From positions 1 to 64,000 of IMG/VR virus record IMGVR_UViG_3300021425_000014: DNA of 64,000 nt; one strand, written 5' to 3'. The DNA is from a virus. The notes under the pieces were generated by a model. That model saw nothing but the letters and a program-made list of their open reading frames with translations, did no database searches and had not been told where the DNA came from. This document shows positions 1 through 10,078 of this stretch, in pieces. The position numbers and the translations under genes were made by a program. Within the stretch, counting starts at the first letter, position 1. Each line of letters begins with the position of its first letter.

Positions 1-11
1 GTGGGGGAGCT

Positions 12-2642
12 ATGGCTGCTGGCGGCGGTGGCGGTGGTGGCGGCGCTGGTGGCTACCTTGAGGACGTGTCAACGGGCCTAAGTCTATCGCCTGGCACGAC
101 CTATACAGTCACTGTTGGCGGCGGCGGCACCGGCTCTACGGGCAATTCAACACCTGGCGGCGATGGCGGCAACAGCGTATTCAGCACGGTTACATCAACG
201 GGCGGCGGCGGTGGTGGAATTTTCGATGGGAACGGCAGGGCGGGTGGCTCTGGCGGTGGCGGTGGTGGTGGCACTGGGACATCAAGCGGCGGCGCTGCAT
301 CGCCATCGGGTCAAGGAAATACTGGGGGCGGCAGCACGACTACGGGCAGCCCATATAGTGCGGGCGGCGGTGGCGGTGCGGGTGCATCTGGTGCAGCAGC
401 AACATCTAACTCAGTCAGCGGGAGCGGTGGAAATGGACTCTCGTCGTCAATTACTGGATCGTCAGTCACAAGAGGCGGTGGTGGCGGCGGTGGTATCGGG
501 TTAGCAGGTACGGCTGGCGCTGGTGGATCTGGTGGCGGCGGCACTGGTTGTGTCAGAAACTCGAGCCAGGCCACGGCTGGGGAAGATAACAAAGGCGGCG
601 GTGGTGGCGGTGGCTGCATCGAGGCCATTTCGCCAAACCCAGCATTTCCAGGCGGCAACGGCGGCAGCGGCGTGGTCATCCTGCGCTACAACAAAAAATA
701 CACTCCTGTTTTCTCAGCCGGTGTATCTGCAACAACCATAGAAATCGGCGAAAATAAAGTCACAACAATTACAGCAGCCGGTACAACGGATACCATGGCG
801 CTCGTTGAATCCACACCTGTATCAAGCTTTGATGTTGAATATCTTGTGGTTGCTGGGGGTGGCGGTGGTGCGTCTAGCGGCGGCGGCGGCGGCGGTGGTG
901 GAGGCTATCGGTCGTCAGTGTCGGGTGAGTCGTCCGGCGGCGGTGCGTCTGCGGAGTCTGCTTTCAGCCTATCGATTGGCACGACGTACAGCGTGACTGT
1001 TGGCGCAGGCGGTGTTGGCACACATGTGACAGGAACTCCGGCCGGCACAAGTGGCGTAAACTCTATATTTGCAACTATAACCAGCACGGGTGGGGGCAAG
1101 GGTGGTAGGGTCACGGCTGCGGCAACGGGTGGATCAGGTGGAGGTGGATATACCTCTCATATCACTGGTGGCTCTGGCACAGCCAACCAGGGATATGCTG
1201 GCGGCGATGGGCTTAGTGGATACGTTAATGGGGGAGGCGGCGGCGGCGCTGACGCAGTTGGATCAAATGCAACATCGACAAGAGGCGGCAATGGCGGCGC
1301 TGGTGTGTCGTCATCAATTACCGGCTCTTCGGTTTGCCGCGCTGGAGGCGGCGGCGGCGGAACCCACGCAACAGGCAGTAGTGGCGCATCAACGGCCACT
1401 TGTGGAGGTGGCGCCGGTGGCACTTATAATTCTTCCGCAGATGCCAGCCCTGGAGGCGTAAATACTGGCGGCGGTGGCGGTGGCGGTGGTGGCCGCCAAG
1501 GTGTGATCGGCTCAGGGGGCGGCGCTGGCGGCTCCGGCGTTGTCATCCTGCGCTATCCCAAGCGCTACAATCCAGTATTCTCTGCCGGTGTAACCGCAAC
1601 CACGGAAATAATCGGCGACAACAAAGTTACAACTGTAACTGCTGCTGGTACATCAGACACTGTTAAATTCACTGATAACCAAATCACGCAAACATTAACA
1701 CCTGAACTAAAAGTCCAATACCTCGTCGTCGCTGGTGGTGGTGGTGGTGGCATTGGTTATACTGCCGCATTCGTTGCCGCAGGCGGCGGCGGCGGCGCTG
1801 GTGGTTATCGCTCAAGTGTTACCGGGGAATCTTCTGGTGGTGGCTCATCGGCAGAGTCTACGTTAAGCCTGACCGCCGGAACAACCTACACTGTAACCGT
1901 CGGTGGAGGTGGGACTGGCGGCGTCAATACAGGCAGTCTGGCCACCGCTGGTGTGGACTCAGTTTTTAGCACGATTACTAGCACTAAGGGTGGCAGAGGT
2001 GGCTCTTATTGGGCACCCACTGGCACAAGGGTTTCGGCTGAGGCAGACGGAGGAACAGGGGGTTCAGGTGGTGGCGGGGCATACGCTAAGCCTACGGCTT
2101 CAGTGGGTGGGGCCGGAACAACAAATCAAGGGTATGCTGGCGGCAACGGAGTTAATACCGGAGGATGTGGGTGCGGCGGCGGCGGCGGCGCTGGCGGCGC
2201 CGGGGCGAATGGACAAGCAGACGCTCTTGGCACAGGCGGCGCCGGAGGAGTTGGTATTGAATCATCAATTACCGGCAGCGCGGTTTATCGCGGTGGCGGG
2301 GGTGGTGGCGGCGCTGGCTGGGGAGCTGCGCCATCATCTGGTGGAAATGGTGGAGGCGGCGACGGCGGCGACGGGGCGACCCGTGGGGACGGTGAAAACG
2401 GAGACAACAATACCGGCGGCGGCGGCGGCGGCGCGGCCAACGATGGCGGCGACAATGGCGGCCAGGTCTCCGGCAACGGCGGCAATGGCGGCTCCGGCGT
2501 CGTCATCCTTCGCTACCCCAAAGAATACTCAGCATTCTTCACGCAAGGCGTTACACAAACAACCTCAATCGTTGATTCAGATAAAGTTACTATTGTGACG
2601 GCTGCTGGGCCTACGGATACCGTAACATTCGATTTATTGTAA
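12..2642 (+). CDS. Glycine-rich virion/tail-fibre protein with three tandem Gly-rich domains (probably 5'-truncated by the window edge)
   Basis: Three repeats of (EYLVVA)GGGGG...Y.VTVG.GG...NTGGGGGG...GGSGVVILRY; frame is open to the window start. Confidence 0.8.
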   Translation: MAAGGGGGGGGAGGYLEDVSTGLSLSPGTTYTVTVGGGGTGSTGNSTPGGDGGNSVFSTVTSTGGGGGGIFDGNGRAGGSGGGGGGGTGTSSGGAASPSGQGNTGGGSTTTGSPYSAGGGGGAGASGAAATSNSVSGSGGNGLSSSITGSSVTRGGGGGGGIGLAGTAGAGGSGGGGTGCVRNSSQATAGEDNKGGGGGGGCIEAISPNPAFPGGNGGSGVVILRYNKKYTPVFSAGVSATTIEIGENKVTTITAAGTTDTMALVESTPVSSFDVEYLVVAGGGGGASSGGGGGGGGGYRSSVSGESSGGGASAESAFSLSIGTTYSVTVGAGGVGTHVTGTPAGTSGVNSIFATITSTGGGKGGRVTAAATGGSGGGGYTSHITGGSGTANQGYAGGDGLSGYVNGGGGGGADAVGSNATSTRGGNGGAGVSSSITGSSVCRAGGGGGGTHATGSSGASTATCGGGAGGTYNSSADASPGGVNTGGGGGGGGGRQGVIGSGGGAGGSGVVILRYPKRYNPVFSAGVTATTEIIGDNKVTTVTAAGTSDTVKFTDNQITQTLTPELKVQYLVVAGGGGGGIGYTAAFVAAGGGGGAGGYRSSVTGESSGGGSSAESTLSLTAGTTYTVTVGGGGTGGVNTGSLATAGVDSVFSTITSTKGGRGGSYWAPTGTRVSAEADGGTGGSGGGGAYAKPTASVGGAGTTNQGYAGGNGVNTGGCGCGGGGGAGGAGANGQADALGTGGAGGVGIESSITGSAVYRGGGGGGGAGWGAAPSSGGNGGGGDGGDGATRGDGENGDNNTGGGGGGAANDGGDNGGQVSGNGGNGGSGVVILRYPKEYSAFFTQGVTQTTSIVDSDKVTIVTAAGPTDTVTFDLL

Positions 2643-2661
2643 TTAACCAAGGAGAACCAAA

Positions 2662-3039
2662 ATGGGTCATTACGCAAAATTAGATGAAAACAATATCGTT
2701 ACAATGGTATTTGTTGGAAAAAATGAAGGTGAGCTTGGCGCAAATGGCGAAGCCCTAGATTGGGAACAGTATTACGGCGCAAAGCAAACCAGTTATAACA
2801 CCCGTGGCGGTGTACACCTCACTGGTGGAACCCCGTTCCGTAAAAACTATGCCGGAATCGGTTATCGCTACGATGAAGCCCTTGACGCCTTCGTGCCGCC
2901 CAAGCCCTTCGAGTCTTGGCTCCTAAACGAAGAGACTTGCCTCTGGGAACCACCTGTTCTTATGCCAGAATCGGGGCCACATACCTGGAACGAAGAAACC
3001 CTATCATGGGAACCTTTACCTCTGCCAACTGAGGAATAA
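2662..3039 (+). CDS. Conserved phage protein that usually accompanies Gly-rich fibre genes
   Basis: MGHYAKLDENNIV...KQTSYNT...PFRKNYAGIGY.YD...DAFVPPKPF.SW motif; AGGAG RBS. Confidence 0.75.
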   Translation: MGHYAKLDENNIVTMVFVGKNEGELGANGEALDWEQYYGAKQTSYNTRGGVHLTGGTPFRKNYAGIGYRYDEALDAFVPPKPFESWLLNEETCLWEPPVLMPESGPHTWNEETLSWEPLPLPTEE

Positions 3040-3041
3040 TA

Positions 3042-5909
3042 ATGCCTTATTACGGAACTAACGGATTTTATTTACCATTCAACGATAACTCTAGTGTAGC
3101 CGCCTTGGGCTTCGACCAATCGGGGGACATTACTCCTAGAGTTAACGCTTCTGTATTTGGTAATACTAAAATATCGACCGCTCAAAGCAAGTTTGGCGGT
3201 AGTTCCGCGTATTTTGATGGAAATGGCGATTATTTAACTGTTGATGGTAAAGATAGCTTAGCTTTTGGAACTAATGATTTTACGATTGAATTTTGGTATT
3301 TTCCACTTGCTGCTTCCACATCTACACCAGCCTTTTTGGACTTTAGACCTTCAGCTACGGATGGGGCTTACATACATCTAGGTTTAAATTCGAGCAATAA
3401 AATTGTTCTGTGGGTTAGCACGGCATATCGTATTACATCGAGTTCGTCAATGTCGAATAATACTTGGAATCATATTGTCTTATCTAGATCGGGTACATCT
3501 ACCAAATTATTCTTAAACGGTGTGCAGGAAGGGTCTACATATACTGATAATACAAATTATATCGTTGGAGCTAGTAGACCTGCGATAGGCGTAAACGGTA
3601 ACGGTGCGCCGACGACACTTAAAGTTATTAATGGCTACATAGACGATCTACGCATCTATAAAGGCGTAGCCAAATATACGGCAAACTTTACGCCACCAAC
3701 TGCTGCTCTACCTTTGGGCCTAGATGATCCTTACTGGCAGTATTGTGTATTAGTAATGCCCATGGATGGCACGGCTGACTCGACGCTATTTCCTGCGTAT
3801 GCGGCCAATTCCTGGACGCCTCTCAATTTGAGCGTCACCGCTGGCGCTGGCAACGATAGCGTGATTGACAGTCCTACTGATTATGACGATGACGGGAATG
3901 GTCGGGGTAACTATGCCACGCTTCAAAATATTATTTATGCACCTGCATTTTCTTTATCAGATGGATTGTTGAGAGTAACAAGTGGAACAACTGGTTTTAC
4001 ATCCGCTGCGTATTCTAGTATTGCCGTGAATTCTGGAAAATGGTTTTTTGAAGCAACGATTCTAAATATTGGCTCAAATAATTTATGGATTGGTGTTAAA
4101 TATGATTTAGTTTATCAGCGAACTAGCTTTTATGGACGGTCTTGGTCTTATAATAAAAATGGGCAAAAAACTACAAATGCCGCCACTGGGCCAGCGTATG
4201 GTGCATCCTATACCACGAATAATGTTATTGGTGTTGCGGTGGACGCAGATAATGGTACAATAACTTTTTATAAAAATGGAGTTAGCCAGGGGGTGGCATT
4301 TTCATCTTTAAATATGTCCGGTGGAGTACTTATGGGTGGAGGTGGAGATAATAATTCATCAATTGCATTTAATTTTGGACAGCAGCCATTCGCCTACACC
4401 CCGCCCGCTGGCTTTAAAGCCTTAAACACGGCAAATCTACCAGAACCTACCATCAAGAAGTCTAACACTCAATTTGATGTAGTCACCTATACGGGCAATG
4501 GCGCTCAGCAAACAATCGCGGGACTAGACTTCACCCCTGACCTCGTATGGATTAAGTCACGTTCTGCTGCTACGGATCATGCGCTTTATGATACCGTTCG
4601 TGGTGCTACAAAGGATCTTGTAAGCAATAGCACTGCGGCTGAAACTACACAGACTGAAGGGCTGAGATTTGGATTCCCTTCTCAGGGTGGATACGCAATT
4701 GGCGTATTTAACGGCTTTATGTATATTGTATCCCCTAAGTCTACTGAAGTTACTAGGGCCTGGAAGACTACTAATACTGCTACTTCAGGTACTGCTTCTA
4801 CTACAGATGGTCTAGCAAACTCTAATGCTATGAATGATGCTAATCATCCGGCTGCTCAATACTGTAGAGGATTAACAACCGGCGGATATACAGATTGGTA
4901 TTTACCAGCTAAAGATGAGCTAAACTTCTTATATCAAAATAAAGCTAATTTACCTTCAGGCGAAGACTTTGTGTCTAACACCTACTGGTCTAGTACTGAG
5001 GCCTCAAGTCTCAATGCTTGGATCCAGTTCTTCGCTAGTGGTACTCAGTTCAGCGGCGCTAAGACTTCCTCCTCGCTCTACGTTCGTGCCGTTAGGAGAG
5101 TTCCGGTAAATGAATACTTATCAAGCCTATCGGGCCAAGCTGGCTTCTCGATCGGTTCACTCGCTAAAATCAATACTAACGCTGCAAGCTACGTAGCCTG
5201 GTGCTGGAATGCGGGGGAAACTACCACAACAAATACAGATGGATCTATTACAAGCACAGTAAGAGCTAATCCAAGCGCTGGGTTTAGTGTGGTGAAATGG
5301 ACACACGGAGTAGGTAGTCAATCTATTGGACACGGACTAAATGCTTTACCTGCTTTTATAATCTTAAAAGGCTCTAATGTGGTAACTAGCTGGTGGGTTT
5401 GGCACAAATCATTAGCCAACCCACAACAAAGCTTTTTAAACCTTAATAGCAATGCCGCCGCAGGAGCAAATACCAATGCTTGGAATAATCAAGCGCCGAC
5501 TTCTAGCGTAATTTATCAAAAAGAATACATACTCGCTTCGGGTAATCAAGGCGTGGCGTACTGTTTTTCAGAAGTTCCAGGATTCTCATCCTTCGGCTCC
5601 TACACTGGCAACGGCAACGCCGATGGCCCATTCATTCACCTTGGATTCAAACCTGCGCTTGTGATTATTAAAATGAGTAGCAGTACGGGCAACTGGGCAA
5701 TGATGGACAATAAGCGCGAAGGCTATAACGTGGACAATGACCCCTTGTGGGCTAATCTAACCACTACCGAAGGTACAACTGATCTAATCGACTTCGCTGC
5801 AAATGGATTTAAAGTTAGAAGTACAGATGCAAGTGTAAATACAAATGCGGGCACGTATGTGTACATGGCTTGGGCTGAGATTCCGTTTAAAAATAGTTTA
5901 GCAGAGTGA
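3042..5909 (+). CDS. Multidomain tail fibre/receptor-binding protein (LamG/concanavalin, SPRY-like, inserted DUF1566 CLec domain)
   Basis: KFGGSSAYFDG/DFTIEFW/GYIDDLRI (LamG); SGKWFFEA/VIGVAVD/NFGQQPF (SPRY); DWYLPAKDEL...YWSSTE...AW...VRAVR (DUF1566). Confidence 0.85.
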   Translation: MPYYGTNGFYLPFNDNSSVAALGFDQSGDITPRVNASVFGNTKISTAQSKFGGSSAYFDGNGDYLTVDGKDSLAFGTNDFTIEFWYFPLAASTSTPAFLDFRPSATDGAYIHLGLNSSNKIVLWVSTAYRITSSSSMSNNTWNHIVLSRSGTSTKLFLNGVQEGSTYTDNTNYIVGASRPAIGVNGNGAPTTLKVINGYIDDLRIYKGVAKYTANFTPPTAALPLGLDDPYWQYCVLVMPMDGTADSTLFPAYAANSWTPLNLSVTAGAGNDSVIDSPTDYDDDGNGRGNYATLQNIIYAPAFSLSDGLLRVTSGTTGFTSAAYSSIAVNSGKWFFEATILNIGSNNLWIGVKYDLVYQRTSFYGRSWSYNKNGQKTTNAATGPAYGASYTTNNVIGVAVDADNGTITFYKNGVSQGVAFSSLNMSGGVLMGGGGDNNSSIAFNFGQQPFAYTPPAGFKALNTANLPEPTIKKSNTQFDVVTYTGNGAQQTIAGLDFTPDLVWIKSRSAATDHALYDTVRGATKDLVSNSTAAETTQTEGLRFGFPSQGGYAIGVFNGFMYIVSPKSTEVTRAWKTTNTATSGTASTTDGLANSNAMNDANHPAAQYCRGLTTGGYTDWYLPAKDELNFLYQNKANLPSGEDFVSNTYWSSTEASSLNAWIQFFASGTQFSGAKTSSSLYVRAVRRVPVNEYLSSLSGQAGFSIGSLAKINTNAASYVAWCWNAGETTTTNTDGSITSTVRANPSAGFSVVKWTHGVGSQSIGHGLNALPAFIILKGSNVVTSWWVWHKSLANPQQSFLNLNSNAAAGANTNAWNNQAPTSSVIYQKEYILASGNQGVAYCFSEVPGFSSFGSYTGNGNADGPFIHLGFKPALVIIKMSSSTGNWAMMDNKREGYNVDNDPLWANLTTTEGTTDLIDFAANGFKVRSTDASVNTNAGTYVYMAWAEIPFKNSLAE
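4971..5099 (+). other. DGR variable-repeat-like segment inside the DUF1566 module
   Basis: YWSSTE-x4-NAW-x3-F-x2-G-x6-K-x5-YVRAVR with nearly all variable codons NNC/NNT. Confidence 0.55.
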
Positions 5910-5925
5910 TACAAAGGAACTAAAA

Positions 5926-6528
5926 ATGGCACTTTTACTTGATGGTCGTAAATTATCTTTAGATGCCCCGTTTACTCACAACGGGTTCTCGTACCCTGCT
6001 AACTGGCTTCGCCTTGCCAGTAAAGCAGATAAAGATGCCCTTGGCATTGTTGAAGTGCCTGATTTGGTCGAGTCTTGGGATCAGCGCTTTTTCTGGGGCG
6101 TTGACCAAGAGGGCATGCTAATTCCCAAGGATCACGAGCAGCTTAAAAAGCAATGGGTGCAGACCGTAAAAGAAACCGCTGGTCAATTGCTCGCTCAAAC
6201 TGACTGGATGGTCATTCGCCAGATGGATACGGGTGTTGAAATGCCTCAAGACGTTAAAGACTTGCGTAGTGCCATCCGAATCGCGGCAAATGAAAAAGAA
6301 CAATCACTATTAGATACCCTAGATACTCTATCTTTGTCAGAAGTAGTAGGAGCATCAGGATTCTTTATGTGGCCCGGAATGCCCAAGGAAGAGCCTGTCG
6401 CTGAAGAATTTGCAGCCGAAGAAGTAATGGTCGAAGAGCCTGCGATTGAGGAAGAACCCCTAGCTGAAGAAGCTGCACTAGAAGAGCCAGTTGTTGAAGA
6501 ATCAGCGCCAGAAGAAGAGCAGCTTTAA
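5926..6528 (+). CDS. Tail fibre assembly/chaperone-like protein with acidic repetitive C-terminus
   Basis: YPANWLRL...WDQRFFW...LLAQTDWMVIR motif; directly after the fibre gene. Confidence 0.65.
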   Translation: MALLLDGRKLSLDAPFTHNGFSYPANWLRLASKADKDALGIVEVPDLVESWDQRFFWGVDQEGMLIPKDHEQLKKQWVQTVKETAGQLLAQTDWMVIRQMDTGVEMPQDVKDLRSAIRIAANEKEQSLLDTLDTLSLSEVVGASGFFMWPGMPKEEPVAEEFAAEEVMVEEPAIEEEPLAEEAALEEPVVEESAPEEEQL

Positions 6529-6564
6529 TTAAAATCATTACTGAACCACAAATAGGGGAATGTA

Positions 6565-7149
6565 ATGAAAAAAGTATTCGTAAGCCCATTACAAGAGATC
6601 TTAGATACTCACGTTACTCAGGTTCAGGACTATCTAGAAGATGCCCTGAAAATGATGTTCAGTGGGTATCTTGAATCATCTTCTGGTGTAATTTATGGCC
6701 TAGAGCCAACTATCGGAACTGGCCTAAATCTTAATATCTCCGTTGGCTCAATCTTAATGGATGGAGTGTATGGCGAAATCGAATCACCAACTGCTGTTGT
6801 TCTAGAAGGAACTTCTGGTGTTGGCGTATTTAGAGATGACTTAATTGTATTAAGCTACGAAGAGATCTTCGATTCTCAATCTTCAGGATATGTGCTACTC
6901 GACGTTGTGTCAAGAGCAGAGCAGATTGTCTCATTACCAACACGCCGATTCGGGGCAATTAAACTCGAACAACTACAAAACACTACATACCTATCAAGAC
7001 CATCTAACAAGATTCCTCTTTGTCAAGTAACAGTATCCAATACTGGAATAACATCGTTAACCGATTATAGAGAATACTCTTTAATAAATAGATTCAAAAA
7101 AGAACTAGAATTAGGATTTAGCGGCTTCTTCTATGGAAGCATGTACTAG
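6565..7149 (+). CDS. Putative tail/baseplate structural protein
   Basis: GVIYGLEP...LNLNISVG...RDDLIVL...IPLCQV pattern typical of fibre-anchoring proteins; context. Confidence 0.5.
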   Translation: MKKVFVSPLQEILDTHVTQVQDYLEDALKMMFSGYLESSSGVIYGLEPTIGTGLNLNISVGSILMDGVYGEIESPTAVVLEGTSGVGVFRDDLIVLSYEEIFDSQSSGYVLLDVVSRAEQIVSLPTRRFGAIKLEQLQNTTYLSRPSNKIPLCQVTVSNTGITSLTDYREYSLINRFKKELELGFSGFFYGSMY

Positions 7150-7159
7150 GAGTAAATAA

Positions 7160-7540
7160 ATGGCCTTCGGACTTTTAGGGCACTGCAAACCGGCAGCAAC
7201 GACTGAAACTTTAATTTATACAGCGCCTGCAAATAAAAAGGCCGTTGGTAGCGTCACAATTATGAACTCAGATTCTTCAGATGCTAGAGCTTCATTAGTT
7301 ATGACCACCACTCCAGCAACTGGCACATTAACTGGTTTATATACCACAGCAAAAGCTGGAACTGACCCCACTAAGGCATTAGCTTTATATAATGCATTAG
7401 TAAAGAATACAGCAACCGATGATGGCATTCCTGTTGTAATTAGTGGCGTAGTATTAGGCCCCGGTCAGTCTCTAGTTGCTTACAGCGAATCTGGATCAGC
7501 TTTGCACTATGTGTTTAACGGAATTGAGGAGGCTGCGTGA
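7160..7540 (+). CDS. Putative virion structural protein
   Basis: beta-rich, TLIYTAPA...GVVLGPGQSL...NGIEE; AGGAG RBS. Confidence 0.55.
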   Translation: MAFGLLGHCKPAATTETLIYTAPANKKAVGSVTIMNSDSSDARASLVMTTTPATGTLTGLYTTAKAGTDPTKALALYNALVKNTATDDGIPVVISGVVLGPGQSLVAYSESGSALHYVFNGIEEAA

Positions 7541-8226
7541 GAATACAGAAAGCAGACAATGGCCTATATCAAGCTAAATTAGCCTTAGCTGGCGTAGGTC
7601 AAAACGAGTTATTAATTGAATCTACCAGTGGCATTTTGCAGGGAAACATCGAATCTACCAGTGGCATTTTGCAGGGAAACATCGAATCTACTAGTGGTAT
7701 TTTGCAGGGAAACATCGAATCTACTAGTGGAACTTTGGACGGAAATATTAATACAGTATCTGGCGATTTAAACACCGTAAGTAGTAATGTTGATAAACTT
7801 CTTAATTTTTCTAGATTTGAAACTTCTGGATACAGAAGTTTGGGTTCAACAACAAGTCCATTTCAATTTATAACTACTCAAAATGTTTATGTTGTATCAA
7901 GCGATAATTTACCTCTTAATACAATACAGGGTAGAAATACTATTTATATTTTAAATTTTTGTTATTCAAGTGTGTATACTGGAGCAGCACCCTCCTGTTC
8001 CGTTGAGTATTCAGTATCGACTCCAGATTCATGGATTGGACTATCTTCACTGCCGGTACAAGCTTCTGGTGAAACATATTCATGTTTGCAGAGATTTAAT
8101 GAAAATAGGGAAAATTCTGGCATTAAGCTAAGATTTAGAGTTACTGGGGCATCTACATTAACTAGTTTTTCTATAAATCTTATTCAGGGCTTCGCGATTA
8201 CTGGGCCACCTGAAAGTGGATATTAA
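7537..8226 (+). CDS. Putative tail fibre protein with 11-aa repeats
   Basis: IESTSGILQGN x3.5; followed by a chaperone gene. Confidence 0.55.
   Translation: MRIQKADNGLYQAKLALAGVGQNELLIESTSGILQGNIESTSGILQGNIESTSGILQGNIESTSGTLDGNINTVSGDLNTVSSNVDKLLNFSRFETSGYRSLGSTTSPFQFITTQNVYVVSSDNLPLNTIQGRNTIYILNFCYSSVYTGAAPSCSVEYSVSTPDSWIGLSSLPVQASGETYSCLQRFNENRENSGIKLRFRVTGASTLTSFSINLIQGFAITGPPESGY
7615..7731 (+). repeat. 33-bp coding tandem repeat (~3.5 copies)
   Basis: gaatctacYagtggYattttgcagggaaacatc repeated. Confidence 0.9.
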
Positions 8227-8227
8227 T

Positions 8228-8617
8228 ATGCATAAAAAATATAATTTAAATCAAGAATATGACTTCGAATCACTTAACGAGCATATTATAAATTTAAAAA
8301 TTAATGGCTTTCTTGGTATAGCAGCGGAGCCTACTTGCGTTACTGTATATTTTGAAGAATCAAAAACAAAGTTAACTGCATCTGAGCAAAAAAAGCTAGA
8401 TGGATTATTGCTCAACTATAAAGATCTACCAGGCTTAGTGAGAGTCAGAAAAGACCGCGAGCCATTGCTTCTTGAAGCGGACTGGAGGTTATTAAAAGCC
8501 CAAGACGACCAAGACGTGGAGCTAGAGTCAAAAATAAGAGAATATAGAAAGCAATTAAGAGATATTACGCTTCAAAAACCTGTGGAGTTAGTTTGGCCTG
8601 AAAAGCCTTGGGGGTGA
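8228..8617 (+). CDS. Phage tail assembly chaperone
   Basis: R..R..LL.EADW...YRKQLRDIT.Q....WPEKP motif. Confidence 0.75.
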   Translation: MHKKYNLNQEYDFESLNEHIINLKINGFLGIAAEPTCVTVYFEESKTKLTASEQKKLDGLLLNYKDLPGLVRVRKDREPLLLEADWRLLKAQDDQDVELESKIREYRKQLRDITLQKPVELVWPEKPWG

Positions 8618-8620
8618 GAA

Positions 8621-9142
8621 ATGGTACAACTCTGGAATATTCTAAAGGCGGTATGGTCAACTATTATATCGCTGATAGATTATCCAGAGCGAGAACCTAT
8701 CAAGCAATTTAATTCACCAGAAGAAGTTGCAGAATATTTATCTGAACATTTCATTTACACCGGAGATCCATTAAATGGGGCCGGTGATTTTTATACTCAC
8801 CCAGAAATTATGCAGGCCGCTTTTACTGCTGGCAGAGTAGCAACATCAAATCTGTGGCTCGATTGCGATGACTGCGCTGTATATGCTTACGTTGCATTGA
8901 AAACGATACCAGGCTGTAGACCTCTGCTTTACACAATTTATGATAGCAGTGGTGGATGGGGGCATCACGTAATATGCGGCTTCAAAATCGGGGACAGATA
9001 CGGCGTCATAGATGTAAATGGATTAAACGAGCTTCCATCTTTGAACCCTAAAATAATATGTGAATTATTCACCAATATATATAAACCAAGGGGGTATGTT
9101 TACACTTCGTGTATCCATACACCTTTTCCTTTTAGGATGTGA
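8621..9142 (+). CDS. Transglutaminase-like cysteine peptidase
   Basis: DCDDCA...GHHV...VID putative Cys-His-Asp triad. Confidence 0.55.
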   Translation: MVQLWNILKAVWSTIISLIDYPEREPIKQFNSPEEVAEYLSEHFIYTGDPLNGAGDFYTHPEIMQAAFTAGRVATSNLWLDCDDCAVYAYVALKTIPGCRPLLYTIYDSSGGWGHHVICGFKIGDRYGVIDVNGLNELPSLNPKIICELFTNIYKPRGYVYTSCIHTPFPFRM

Positions 9143-9537
9143 GAATGTTTGTACAAATTGAAGATCTAACTAGGCATGACTGGACATTGGTAAGACACTT
9201 CGTCGATCTTACTGATGAATTATTTATTCCGCCAGCGTCTTCATTCATCACGCTAGATTATCAAGATAAGCTACCAAAGAGAATTGAATTTGCATTTGAA
9301 AATTTAACCAATAATCATAACGCAACACAAGTATCTTTTTTCTTCTGGAGACTACAAAGCGGAAAAGTCCACAAGATCGGGAAAGTTACTTATCAGAAGG
9401 GTACTGAGTGCGACTGCCCGATTCCCGTCATTCTTGAAGTTAATGGGGCCTCCGTTTGGGTTACTCATAACGATGGCGACACAAATCAAAATCACCAAAT
9501 AAATGGTTCAGTTTACTGTAGAATTGTAGAACAATAA
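9139..9537 (+). CDS. Hypothetical protein
   Basis: ORF overlapping both neighbours in the operon. Confidence 0.6.
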   Translation: MRMFVQIEDLTRHDWTLVRHFVDLTDELFIPPASSFITLDYQDKLPKRIEFAFENLTNNHNATQVSFFFWRLQSGKVHKIGKVTYQKGTECDCPIPVILEVNGASVWVTHNDGDTNQNHQINGSVYCRIVEQ

Positions 9538-10067
9538 TGTCAGATCCATTAACTAATAAACAGATCGAAAGTCTTAAGCAAGTCATCTCCGGCGTTGTGC
9601 TTCACTGGACTGCCGGAACGCATACTGCCACATTTAAGCATTATCATTTTAATATTCAATTAATTGATGGCAAACCAAGGGTAGTTCAAACATTATCAAT
9701 TAGAGAAAGAGCAGCGCATACTTGGAGAAGGAATACTGGCAGAATAGGAATCTCATTATGTGGCGCAGCGAGAGGATTCCCAATTCACAAGGTTCAAATA
9801 GAAGCAATGTCAAAACTTGTTGCCGAACTATGTTTCTTGCTTGATATTGATCCAAAGGGCAATCATGTTGCGATGGATTTATATGATACCACGAAGTTTC
9901 ATCAGATCCCAAACGTAACTGACCACGTTTTTTATGGCAAACTTGATAAATACGGAAAGCCTGATATTGGCGAACTATTGCCAGTAGTTCTAAATAAAAT
10001 GAATTGGTACTACTCTAAATTGAAATCCGGCGAGCATAAACTGGAATACGTTTCCAACATCTTTTGA
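9537..10067 (+). CDS. Endolysin, N-acetylmuramoyl-L-alanine amidase (Amidase_2)
   Basis: VLHWTAG...YHF...AHTWRRNTG.IGISLCG...TDH zinc amidase motifs. Confidence 0.85.
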   Translation: MSDPLTNKQIESLKQVISGVVLHWTAGTHTATFKHYHFNIQLIDGKPRVVQTLSIRERAAHTWRRNTGRIGISLCGAARGFPIHKVQIEAMSKLVAELCFLLDIDPKGNHVAMDLYDTTKFHQIPNVTDHVFYGKLDKYGKPDIGELLPVVLNKMNWYYSKLKSGEHKLEYVSNIF

Positions 10068-10078
10068 TTGGCGTCAAA

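Noticed and set aside
115-2598. Ala-rich and Pro-rich overlapping ORFs
   Set aside because: Shadow frames of GGC-rich glycine codons.
7615-7731. 33-bp tandem repeat as a special element
   Set aside because: In-frame coding repeat typical of fibre stalks.
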